DNA of 64,000 nt from Planctomycetota bacterium (GCA_965223545.1 OZ245006.1:6368001-6432000); one strand, 5' to 3'. Positions 49,920 to 58,331 are shown, counted from the stretch's first letter. Notes: a model not told the origin generated them from the sequence alone. A program made the numbers and translations.

Positions 49920-51464
49920 TCACCACCACTTGGGGTTGCGGATGATGTAGTCGATGATGCCGAGGAACTTGGGCGCCGTGGCCCAGTCCTGGTCGTGGTA
50001 CTCGAGCGCGCCCCAGCTGCCCCACATCGAGTAGGTGCCGATGGCGGTGTAGTAGCAGAACATCTGCCCGCCGGCCTGCCGCCACTGGTCCAGCGCGTAG
50101 GAGGTCAGCGGGTACATCCACGGGTGGCGGTTGGCAGTGGTGAACAGATTGGTCAGCGCTTGGTTGGTCTGCGCGCCGCCGAACCCGACGAGGTGTTGGC
50201 CGCCTTCGTAGGCGACGAGCTCCAGGCCGCGGGCGCGGGCGATGGAGGCGTTGGCGGTGGCGTTGGTGGTCGACTTGGCGATGTCGTAGTAGCACGCGAC
50301 CAAGACGGCCGGCACCGTCATGCCGAGCACGGTGCCGACGGTCGACGGGTTGCCGAGGTCGATGCCGAAGTACGGCGCCACGGCGAGGACGTCGGCGCTG
50401 CGGTACGCCTGCCGCCAGTCGAGAATCTGTTGGCCCAACCACGGGTTGGCGTTCTGGCCGGCGAGCACTCGGACCATGCGGCTGGCGCCGATGATGGGGG
50501 TGAACTGGTTGAAGATCTCGACCGACCGATCGGCGTAGAACCGCAGGCCGGCTTCCACCGGGTTGGCGGACAGGCCGCGCCACTGCCCCTGCTGTTGGGC
50601 GTAGCCCGCCTGCGTGAAGCCGCCGTTCCACACCTCGTTGGAGTACTCGACCCAGACCCGCAGGCCGGGCGAGAGGCGGTCGCGGAACAGCGTCGCGAGG
50701 TTGCGCACGTAGTCATCGGTGGCCTCGTGCGGAACGCAGATCCACGGCTCCGCGCCGGTCTCGTTGCACAGGTCGATGATGACCTCGTAGGCGACGCCGT
50801 GGGGGGCATCTTGCGTGTAGTGCGTCGGCTTGGTGCGCTCGCTCCAGTCGCGCACCGGCGAGTTGTTGGTCCGCAGGAAGTCCATGAAGCGGATCACGCC
50901 GTACGGCTGCATCATGAACGTGAACGCGGGATGGAAGTCGCTGGTGAGGAACTCGTACTGCTTCTCGAAGACTCGGATGTTGCGCAGGTAGTCGCCGGGA
51001 TTGGTGCGCACCAGCTTCAGGTAGATGCCGTTGTCGCTCGGCGTGACGTCCATCTCGATGCGGCCCGGCGAGCGCCAGACTTCACGTGCGTCGAAACCCA
51101 CCTGTAAATCGCCGTCACCGTCGTAGGTCACGACGTAGCGCCCGCCCGGGTAATGCCCGTCGAGGCCCCGGTACATCAGCGTGCCGGCAGCTTGGTTCCA
51201 CTGCAGGGACTTGACCCAACCATCGCCATCGCGGTCGAGCCAGCTCCCGGTGGACCACTGCGAGGAACTGACTTCTTGCGACCACCACGGCGCCGCTTGG
51301 TCGAAGGCGTTGCGGAACACCCACTGCGACGTGAAGTAGCGCAGTTCGGAGAGATTGGTGCCGATTGGGGAGCGCTGGTTCAGGCGCTGCGCGGGGAGCA
51401 TCGCTGCGCACAGCGCGATGGCCGTGCACAACCCCAGACGTCGACCGTGGCTGGTGTTTGTCAT
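49920..51464 (-). CDS. Secreted putative glycoside hydrolase (clan A-like)
   Basis: Signal peptide, IGTNL, IRFMD, PWICVPH, VEYSNEVWN, AYEGGQHL. Confidence 0.7.
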   Translation of the reverse strand: MTNTSHGRRLGLCTAIALCAAMLPAQRLNQRSPIGTNLSELRYFTSQWVFRNAFDQAAPWWSQEVSSSQWSTGSWLDRDGDGWVKSLQWNQAAGTLMYRGLDGHYPGGRYVVTYDGDGDLQVGFDAREVWRSPGRIEMDVTPSDNGIYLKLVRTNPGDYLRNIRVFEKQYEFLTSDFHPAFTFMMQPYGVIRFMDFLRTNNSPVRDWSERTKPTHYTQDAPHGVAYEVIIDLCNETGAEPWICVPHEATDDYVRNLATLFRDRLSPGLRVWVEYSNEVWNGGFTQAGYAQQQGQWRGLSANPVEAGLRFYADRSVEIFNQFTPIIGASRMVRVLAGQNANPWLGQQILDWRQAYRSADVLAVAPYFGIDLGNPSTVGTVLGMTVPAVLVACYYDIAKSTTNATANASIARARGLELVAYEGGQHLVGFGGAQTNQALTNLFTTANRHPWMYPLTSYALDQWRQAGGQMFCYYTAIGTYSMWGSWGALEYHDQDWATAPKFLGIIDYIIRNPKWW

Positions 51465-51691
51465 GCGTTGAAGATTCGGGAGCGCGGCATGGCCGCAGGT
51501 CGGCGAGACGGGGAGACCATCCGTGGTTGAAGGACTCCGTGCCACTGTTTCTGCGCAATTTCACGCGGCCAAAAATGGGTGGCATTGCCGGTGGCGCAGC
51601 TCGGCTCGCGAGCTTTCGAAAAGCAGATAACGCCGCGGCGCGCGCGTGGTCCGGCGCCGGTTCTCCAGCACGACAGGCTCCTGGCCGCAGC

Positions 51692-52657
51692 TCAGATGCC
51701 GCGGTGCATCCACCAATCGACAGCGCCGAACCAAAGACGCGATAGCCCCTTGCGGAAGCGTTCCGAGTTCCCGCCGAGGTACATTCCACGGGCTGCCCAC
51801 AGCGCGTAGCCGGCGGCCCAATGCAACAGGGCTTGCTCCTCGTCTCGGGGAAGACCCAAGGAGTGCACGACGCGCGCGTACTCGGTGCGGGCCCAGGCGA
51901 CGTTTTCGCGGTAGTGCCGGAAGGTGGGCACCAAGTGAACTCCGAACAGCGCGCGCAGATTCTGGTGATCGCAGAAGATCCGCTTGCCCTCGGCGATCGG
52001 TGTTCGGTTGTGCGAATGGATGACCGCACTGCGCGGCTCGAACACGATGCGGTGGCCGCCGAGGATCAGGCGCTTGCCGAACGCGACGTCCTCGCCGAAA
52101 CGCCGATGGCCAAAGGGGTGCCGTTGCCATGCCGCGCGGCGCACGCTGCCGGCGACGTTGTCGTAGGCGCACCGCTGCAGGCGTTGCATCGGCTCCAGGG
52201 TGGCGAACTCCGCTTCGCTGGCGGGCTCTTGGACGGCGGGCTCGGTCTTGCCGGCGGTCCATTCAGCCAGCCGCTTCGCGATGAACGGATTGCAGTCCGG
52301 GCGGGGAATCTGCCGGCAGTAGGCCGCACCGACGGCGGCATCGTCGTATGCGGCGAGCAGCCGCGATAGCCATTGGTCGTCGGCAGGCGTGGCGTCCTGA
52401 GTCAGCAGCACGATGACGTCACCGCGCGTGCTGGCGATGGCCTGGTCCCGGGTGGCGCCGTGGTTGAACTCCGCTTGGTCGATCACGGTCACCGAAAAGC
52501 CGTGCCGCTGCAGGCACTCGACGGTGCCGTCGGTCGAGCCGCTGTCGATGGCGACCCGCTCGAGCTGCTGCGCGCCGGGCTGGCGATCGACGGCGGCAAG
52601 CACTTCGCCCAGCAGCGGCATGCCGTTGAGGGTGGGGATGACGAGGCTTGCCTGCAC
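51692..52657 (-). CDS. Glycosyltransferase family 2 (rhamnosyltransferase-like)
   Basis: VIPTLNG, IDSGSTD, FNHGATR, LTQDA, RQIPR, GED, HSH. Confidence 0.87.
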   Translation of the reverse strand: MQASLVIPTLNGMPLLGEVLAAVDRQPGAQQLERVAIDSGSTDGTVECLQRHGFSVTVIDQAEFNHGATRDQAIASTRGDVIVLLTQDATPADDQWLSRLLAAYDDAAVGAAYCRQIPRPDCNPFIAKRLAEWTAGKTEPAVQEPASEAEFATLEPMQRLQRCAYDNVAGSVRRAAWQRHPFGHRRFGEDVAFGKRLILGGHRIVFEPRSAVIHSHNRTPIAEGKRIFCDHQNLRALFGVHLVPTFRHYRENVAWARTEYARVVHSLGLPRDEEQALLHWAAGYALWAARGMYLGGNSERFRKGLSRLWFGAVDWWMHRGI

Positions 52658-52779
52658 GCGGTCTATCAGCGTCGCGCAAAGGCGTGCGCGACGCCAGCTT
52701 CGGCCCGTGCTCGCCACGACCGTGGTCGAGAGCTACCTTGGTCCACCGCCGCGCCGCCGCGCGGCCCGTCCGGCGACGC

Positions 52780-53985
52780 ATGCACATTCTCGTCTTGACC
52801 CCGCAGCCGGTCGACCGACTGGACCACGGCGGCCGCATCCGCACCCGGATGCTCCTCGACGCCGCGTTGACGATCGGGCGCGTGACGGTGGCCGCGCCGC
52901 GGCCCGAGGTCGACGAGGCGGGAGTCCGGGAACGCATGCGCGCGATGGGCGTGCAGGTCGAGTGGCTGCCAGCGGGGGCCGGCGTCTCGTCGTGGTCGGC
53001 CAAGGTGCGCTGCTGGGCGAGGGGTCGCAGCCAAGTGATGACGCGGCGCTGGGGCGCGGGCGCCCCGCAGGCGGTGTCCGCCTTGCTGGCTCGGGGGGTC
53101 GACCTGCTGGTCGCCGATGCGAGTCACGCGCTGCCGGCGTTGCCGGAGTCCTTGCCGGTGCCGTTGGTCGTCCAGTTCCACAACATCGAGTCGGCGGTGC
53201 TATCGCGGCGGGAAAGCGTGCGCCGCGGCCCCGCCGAGCTCTTCGTGCGCAGGATCGAAGCCCGTTGCACGCGCGCGTTGGAGAGGCGGTGGGCCGCGCG
53301 CGCGGCGGTCTGCGTGCCGGTTTCCGAGCTCGATGGGAGGCGGTTGCGGGAGGTGGAGTCGCGGGCGGTGGTCGAAGTCGTGCCCAACGCGGTCGCGGTC
53401 GAGACCCTGCCGCTGTTGCCGCCGCCGCCGCGCGGTGCGCCGCGGTTGCTGTTCGTCGGCAGCTTCGATTACCCACCCAATCGCCAGGCCGCTCTCGAGC
53501 TACTGCGCGAGCACCTGCCCGTTCTCGCCGCGTCGCATCCGGACCTCGAGGTCTGCCTCGTCGGCGAGGACCCATTCGGCGAGATCGCCGCGCACGCGTC
53601 GGCCGCCGGCGCGACCGCCACGGGCAGGGTCGATGACCTCGAGCCGTACTACCGCGCGGCCACCGCGGTCTACTTGCCGATCCGGTCGGGCGGTGGGACG
53701 CGGATCAAAGTGCTCGAGGCGATGGCCCACGGTCGGCCGGTGCTGTCGACGGCGGTGGGGGTCGAGGGCTTGGACTTGGCGCCGGACCGTCACTACTTGC
53801 GTTTCGAGCGCCCCGCCGAGGGGGTCGCGGCGGTCGACGCGCTGCTGCGCGACGGCGTCGCCGACATGGTCGAGCGCTGCCGTCAGCTGGTCTGTCGCGA
53901 CTTCGACCAGAGGGTCGTGGTCCCGCGGCTCGCCACCATTCTGCGCCGTGCCGTAGAGGGCGGCGTGCACCAGCGGGAGCGGTGA
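52780..53985 (+). CDS. Glycosyltransferase family 4
   Basis: FHNIES, VPNAV, FVGSFDYPPN, GGTRIKVLEAMA.G.PV..T..G.EG. Confidence 0.9.
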   Translation: MHILVLTPQPVDRLDHGGRIRTRMLLDAALTIGRVTVAAPRPEVDEAGVRERMRAMGVQVEWLPAGAGVSSWSAKVRCWARGRSQVMTRRWGAGAPQAVSALLARGVDLLVADASHALPALPESLPVPLVVQFHNIESAVLSRRESVRRGPAELFVRRIEARCTRALERRWAARAAVCVPVSELDGRRLREVESRAVVEVVPNAVAVETLPLLPPPPRGAPRLLFVGSFDYPPNRQAALELLREHLPVLAASHPDLEVCLVGEDPFGEIAAHASAAGATATGRVDDLEPYYRAATAVYLPIRSGGGTRIKVLEAMAHGRPVLSTAVGVEGLDLAPDRHYLRFERPAEGVAAVDALLRDGVADMVERCRQLVCRDFDQRVVVPRLATILRRAVEGGVHQRER

Positions 53986-54208
53986 CTCAGCGCGGCCGAG
54001 GCCGCAACCAACTCGGAGCATTCCGCGACCCGAGCGTCGGTCGCGGGTCCCGCGGTCGCCGGCGGCCGCCCTGAGCCCAGAGGCCAGTGTTGTCTTCGAG
54101 CCTCCGGGAGCTGCGTTGTCGAAGTTCCAGCGACATCGAGCCTTCCGAAAGGTTGTCGCCGCGCGAAGATTTGCGGACCCTGAGGCTCAGCGCGGCCGAG
54201 GCCGCAAC
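53986..54208. repeat. Composite REP/BIME-like array: module A (53986-54075), module B (54098-54188), left part of a second module A (54186-54208)
   Basis: CTCAGCGCGGCCGAGGCCGCAAC occurs at 53986 and 54186; arms CTCAG.GCGGC/GCCGC.CTGAG and GAGCCTC/GAGGCTC. Confidence 0.85.
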
Positions 54209-54239
54209 GGTATGTGTGGTTCCATGATCTGCGAAGCTA

Positions 54240-54530
54240 GAGTTCTCCACACCCGTCGCGCCGTAGCGGTGTGGAAGACTCGCGCGATGGTGCAGCCGCA
54301 GGAGTCGTGTCGGGAGTCTGGTCATCGGCCGCAAGAGAGCTTAGGGTCCCCCGGCGTGCGACGGAGAGGTTTCGCGATCTGCCGCAATGGTGGCGCTTCG
54401 AGCGGCCCCTCATTTGGTTCTGCGACTCTCCTCCCGCGTGGGGGACCCGATTTAGGAGATTGGCGGCGTGAGAAATCACGGCCCCGAAACACGAACCGTT
54501 TTGGCGACTCGCCTCCTCAGGCGGACTGCG
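54240..54530 (+). ncRNA. Predicted bridge RNA
   Basis: Stems 54246-53/54268-75, 54292-304/54513-29, 54344-52/54440-48, 54363-75/54421-31; loops carry target matches (GCCGCAA 54381-87, TTTGGTT 54413-19) and donor matches (TTAGGAGAT 54452-60, ACCGT 54495-99); transcript ends unknown. Confidence 0.8.
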
Positions 54531-54582
54531 CGGGTAGGGAGAGTCCTCTCGTCGACACTCACTCGTTGAACATGGAGGGGAC

Positions 54583-56085
54583 ATGAATCGATTCGTTGGA
54601 TTGGATCTCGGCTTGAGGAGCAAGCACCGAGCCGTCGTTCTGGATGGTGCGAAGTCTCGGGGCAGACCGTTTTCAGTCGAGAACAGCCGTGAGGGTATTG
54701 ACCTTCTGCTGCGCCGTGCACAGGAAGGTGCCGAGGGTCCGGTGAGCTTCGTGATGGAACCAACGGGGTTGGCGTGGCTGCCCATCGCGGCGCACGTGAA
54801 CGCCGCAGGGTTCCAGATCTACGTGAGCAAACCACAGAAGCTGAGCGACCTGCGGAAGTTCTATAGCAAGCACACCAAAACCGACGTAGTAGACGCCGAG
54901 GCCGCTGCGCGTCTGCCGCAGATGGATCCAAAGGGCGTCCACCAGCTGCGTGTTCCAACTGCCGACGAGACGACGATCCGTCGACTCGTGAAGCGGCGTG
55001 AGCGGTTGGCGCGCGAGCTCAGCGACCACAAGCGTCGTGTGCACGCGATACTGGTACTGGCGAATCCCAGCCTCATGAAGGCCTTGGGGGCAGAGAAGTT
55101 CAGTGCCGCTAAGATGGGGTTTCTGCGGCGCTACGTCGATCCGGTGAAAGCGGTCGGCCTTGGGAAGAGTCGCTTGGAGCGCTTCTTGACGAAGCGATCC
55201 AAGGGAACGCATGACCCGTGCTTGGTCGACCGCGTGCTCGAGTCCTGCCGACAGGCCGCCGAGTACTACGCTGAGCTGCGAGCTGCGGGGCAGATGCCGT
55301 TCGACTACGAGGCCATCCAAGAGGATGTGGTGTACGAGCTGGATGAGATCGAGCGCAAGAACACGGACGTTCGCAAGCTCGACGCAAAGATCAAGAAGCT
55401 CTACCTGGGCGTCGATCCTGACCGAACACTCGAGCAACTGCGCGGCGTCGGTCCCACGATCGCTGCGGCCATCGAAGCCTTGGTAGGCGACATCGCGCGG
55501 TTCTCGAACGGCAAGAAGTTCGTGAGCTACTGCGGACTGTGTCCACGCCGGAAGCAGACGGGCATGAGCGACCCCTCGATGCCAATCACCAAAACCGGCC
55601 AACGAGTACTCAAGAAGTACCTCTACCTAGCAGCTGACGTCGCTCGCCAGTGGGATCCGGATTTCGCGGCGTACTACGCTCGCCGCTACGCCGCAGGTGA
55701 TCACCACAACCTCATCCTCATCGCATTGGCTGGCAAGATGGCGCGCCGCGTCTACGCCCTCCTGAAGCGTCGCGACAGCCAGCGCGCCGATGACAAGCCG
55801 GCGTCGACGCAAGTCCGCTACGTCCTGCGAGACGCCGACGGCAACGAGCTCACGAAGGTTGCCGCGCGCGCGCTCATCGCAGCCAAGTTCACGCGCAGCA
55901 TCGTCGCGCCACAGCGGCATGAGCGCGACCAACGGCGACAGGGACGAGTGGGGACTCCGACGACGAGGGACTTGAGTGGCCGCCCAATGGACGCCACAGG
56001 CCTGGCCGTGGAATCCCCACGTCAACCTCACCCGATCGGTGATCTCATGCAAGAACACTTCCCTGGTCTTGTGGAAGAGTCCTGA
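54583..56085 (+). CDS. IS110-family DEDD recombinase/transposase (500 aa)
   Basis: GGAGG RBS; D8 (VGLDLG), E59 (MEPTG), D101/D104 (KTDVVDA); GVGP..A......GD..RF......SYCGLCP....TG. Confidence 0.96.
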   Translation: MNRFVGLDLGLRSKHRAVVLDGAKSRGRPFSVENSREGIDLLLRRAQEGAEGPVSFVMEPTGLAWLPIAAHVNAAGFQIYVSKPQKLSDLRKFYSKHTKTDVVDAEAAARLPQMDPKGVHQLRVPTADETTIRRLVKRRERLARELSDHKRRVHAILVLANPSLMKALGAEKFSAAKMGFLRRYVDPVKAVGLGKSRLERFLTKRSKGTHDPCLVDRVLESCRQAAEYYAELRAAGQMPFDYEAIQEDVVYELDEIERKNTDVRKLDAKIKKLYLGVDPDRTLEQLRGVGPTIAAAIEALVGDIARFSNGKKFVSYCGLCPRRKQTGMSDPSMPITKTGQRVLKKYLYLAADVARQWDPDFAAYYARRYAAGDHHNLILIALAGKMARRVYALLKRRDSQRADDKPASTQVRYVLRDADGNELTKVAARALIAAKFTRSIVAPQRHERDQRRQGRVGTPTTRDLSGRPMDATGLAVESPRQPHPIGDLMQEHFPGLVEES

Positions 56086-56127
56086 ACAAGCCGTGCACAC
56101 GCGATGTCGAGCCCCAGCGAAAACCCC

Positions 56128-56133
56128 TTGACA
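56128..56133 (+). promoter_or_regulatory. Outward-facing -35 box at IS right end (half of circle-junction promoter)
   Basis: TTGACA 15 nt from the end; end-joining places TATGTG (54211-54216) 17 nt downstream. Confidence 0.65.
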
Positions 56134-56148
56134 TGACTTAGGAGATAT

Positions 56149-56323
56149 CAAACACGGATGCCGCTCTTGCCGGAGCGGCTTGGAAGGTCCGACCCATCCG
56201 CCGCCGCGCTGAGCCCGGAGGCACTGTCTCTCGGAGCCTCCGGCGCGGCGGCGACGTTGCCATGTCGGCGGCGTCGCCTCGAGAATGTTGTCGAAGCTCG
56301 ACGGTTCGAGGCGCCGGAGGCTC
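56149..56323. repeat. Right part of interrupted module A (56149-56213) plus module B (56234-56323)
   Basis: Continues the 5136-5200 sequence with few mismatches; 13-bp arms GAGCCTCCGGCGC/GCGCCGGAGGCTC. Confidence 0.87.
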
Positions 56324-56447
56324 ACTCAGCCTTCGGTTGGTCGGCGCACCTGACGCAGCGCGTACCAGCAGACCAGGTAGACGGCGCCGAGCGGCCGCCC
56401 GATGCGCCGCGCGATCCAGCGGACGTAGCGTTCGAGCGGCAATCGCC

Positions 56448-58082
56448 TCACGCCGATTCCTCCGCCGCGGCGCGGCACAACGCGGCGACGGCCTCGCGGT
56501 CGTCGGGGGCGCCGACCGCGCAGCGGAGTCGCGGTCGCAGCGCCGCGATCGTCTTGGCCTCGCGCTCGCGCGCGCAGAGCACGCCGCCGAGCCGCGCCGT
56601 CAGGCCTCGCCAGAAGTGCAGCTCGCGCATGTTTTCCAGACTCGCCTCGGGCTCATCGAGCGCCGGCAAGACCAACAGGCAGCTCTCGTCGATCAGCGGT
56701 CGGGGCGCGCAGGCCAACGCCCACGGGTCGCGGAAAACGACCGCGTCGTAGTCGGTCTCGCGAAGGGCGTCCCGCACGCGTTCGGTGGCGAGGACGTCCC
56801 CGGTCGCGCCCCAGTAGCGGCGTGGAACGAGGCCGAACACGTCTTGCGTCGGCGGCTCCGCCCTGCTGGTCAGCGGGATGGTGTGTTCGATCCAGACCGT
56901 ATCGTCGGGGGCCGGCGTCGGCTCCGGCTCGTCGCAGCCGACGGACAGGATGCGCAGTGGTTGCCGCAGCCGTGGATCGATCGTTCGGCGGTGACGGCTG
57001 ACGTGGTTGGCGACCCGCAACACCTCGCGGTCGCTGCGGGCGTGGTGGATCCGGCTGCGCGTGCGCGCCCACCACGCGCGCGGCAGGCGGGGCAGCGTCG
57101 CCAGCAGCGCCGCGGCTTGGTCCCGCGCGGACAGCTGGGCGCGGTCCTTGAGCAGGTTCCACGGCAGCAGCAGCGCGCGCCGCAGCACCATGTCGGGCGC
57201 GGTGACACTGCGCCAGAAGAGGAGCTCGCGGTTGCGGCGGTCCAGCCGTCGCACGCGCTGGCGTCCCAGCACGGAGACCGTGGTGCCTTGAAAGCCGTGA
57301 TGGGCGATGGCGCCGGGTTCGTACAGCACGCGCCATCCGCGTCGCCATGCTTGGTAGGACAGGCTCATGTCCTCGACGTAGCACGGGTGGTACAGATCCT
57401 CGAAGCCACCGAGCGCCAGATATTTCGCCCGGTCGAACGCGCTGCTGCCGCCGCCGGCCCACATCGCCGGCACCAGGTCCGTCGCCTGGTGCTGCACCTG
57501 GACTTGGTGGATCGCGCCGGCGCGAAACTCCGCGCGGGTCAGACCGGTCTCGAAGCGCGTGCCGTCCATCTCGATGCGGGCGGTTACCGCGAACACGTCG
57601 TTGGCACCGAACCGGGCGAGCAACCGCCGCAGGAAGTCCCGTTCGACGCGCATGTCGTTGTTGACGAACACGAGGATGTCTCGGGTCGCCGCCTCGACGC
57701 CGGCGCGGTTGCCGCGGATGAAGTAGCGGTTGGTGTCGAGCTCGACGAGCCGCACACCTTCGTGCGCGCGCACGACGTCGCAGGACTCGTCCTCGCTGCC
57801 GTTGTCGACCACGATGATCTCGTGGTCCCCCGGCGTCGCATCCACCGCCTCCTGCAGCGGTGGCAGGATGGCCCGCAGGTAGGCGGCGCGGTTGTAGTTG
57901 AGGACGATCACCGACGCGTTGTGCGCCGGGGGCTCCGGCGCGGGGCGCTGCCGCGCGCGCAGCATTCCGACGACCGGCGTCGCGATGAGATCGAGGACCA
58001 GGGTGACTGCGGCGACGGCCCAGCCGTAGAGCGCGACCGGCGGAATCAGCACCAGTCCCAGTGCTGCCCGCACGCGCTTCAA
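56448..58082 (-). CDS. Glycosyltransferase family 2 with C-terminal extension
   Basis: SVIVLNYN, VVDNGSED, GNRAG, FVNND, YVEDMSL; start about 58082 (TTG) or 58073 (GTG). Confidence 0.87.
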   Translation of the reverse strand: MKRVRAALGLVLIPPVALYGWAVAAVTLVLDLIATPVVGMLRARQRPAPEPPAHNASVIVLNYNRAAYLRAILPPLQEAVDATPGDHEIIVVDNGSEDESCDVVRAHEGVRLVELDTNRYFIRGNRAGVEAATRDILVFVNNDMRVERDFLRRLLARFGANDVFAVTARIEMDGTRFETGLTRAEFRAGAIHQVQVQHQATDLVPAMWAGGGSSAFDRAKYLALGGFEDLYHPCYVEDMSLSYQAWRRGWRVLYEPGAIAHHGFQGTTVSVLGRQRVRRLDRRNRELLFWRSVTAPDMVLRRALLLPWNLLKDRAQLSARDQAAALLATLPRLPRAWWARTRSRIHHARSDREVLRVANHVSRHRRTIDPRLRQPLRILSVGCDEPEPTPAPDDTVWIEHTIPLTSRAEPPTQDVFGLVPRRYWGATGDVLATERVRDALRETDYDAVVFRDPWALACAPRPLIDESCLLVLPALDEPEASLENMRELHFWRGLTARLGGVLCAREREAKTIAALRPRLRCAVGAPDDREAVAALCRAAAEESA

Positions 58083-58309
58083 CCCGCCGGCTCGTCCTTG
58101 AGCTTGGCCAGCTCGGCCTTCGCCGCGGCTAGCTGCTCGAGCACAGCCAGACCCTGCGCCGCCATGGCGTCGATGCGTGGCTGCTGCGCCTCGCGCTGTT
58201 CGCGCGCGGCCAGGGCTGTGCACAACGCCGCGAGCTGCTGCTCGATGCGGTCGAGCTGCGCTTGCATGGCGTCCAGGCGTTGTTCGAAGCGAGCGATGCG
58301 GAAGACCAC
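58079..58309 (-). CDS. Small coiled-coil protein
   Basis: Heptad pattern FEQRLDAMQAQLDRIEQQL...LEQLAAAKAELAKLK fills the gap in a co-oriented operon; start uncertain. Confidence 0.55.
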   Translation of the reverse strand: MVFRIARFEQRLDAMQAQLDRIEQQLAALCTALAAREQREAQQPRIDAMAAQGLAVLEQLAAAKAELAKLKDEPAG

Positions 58310-58331
58310 CAGACTGCGAAGGGGCGTGAAG

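Larger units (their letters stand above)
54209..56148 (+). mobile_element. IS110-family insertion sequence (IS110 group, long 5' non-coding end), 1940 bp
   Basis: Deleting 54209-56148 restores GCCGCAAC|CAAAC.CGGATGCC as in the empty repeat at 5113-5200; DEDD recombinase; no TSD or terminal IR; visibly less GC-rich than flanks. Confidence 0.93.

Noticed and set aside
53986..54208. 23-bp direct repeat 200 bp apart as a CRISPR array
   Set aside because: Only two copies, spacing far too long, interiors palindromic, no cas operon.
54327..54334. Second GGCCGCAA target match in the IS left end, with TTTGG at 54500-54504 as a possible partner (second target loop)
   Set aside because: The TTGG more plausibly pairs in the closing stem and no internal hairpin frames the pair; may be chance in GC-rich DNA. 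Worth rechecking by covariation.
54116..54586. 156-aa ORF overlapping the recombinase start
   Set aside because: Crosses the IS boundary from host repeat into the structured RNA region and has no protein-like features.
54209..56148. Terminal or sub-terminal inverted repeats and target-site duplication
   Set aside because: End comparison shows only a CATG-sized match and the empty site shows no duplication; fits the IS110 group rather than IS1111.
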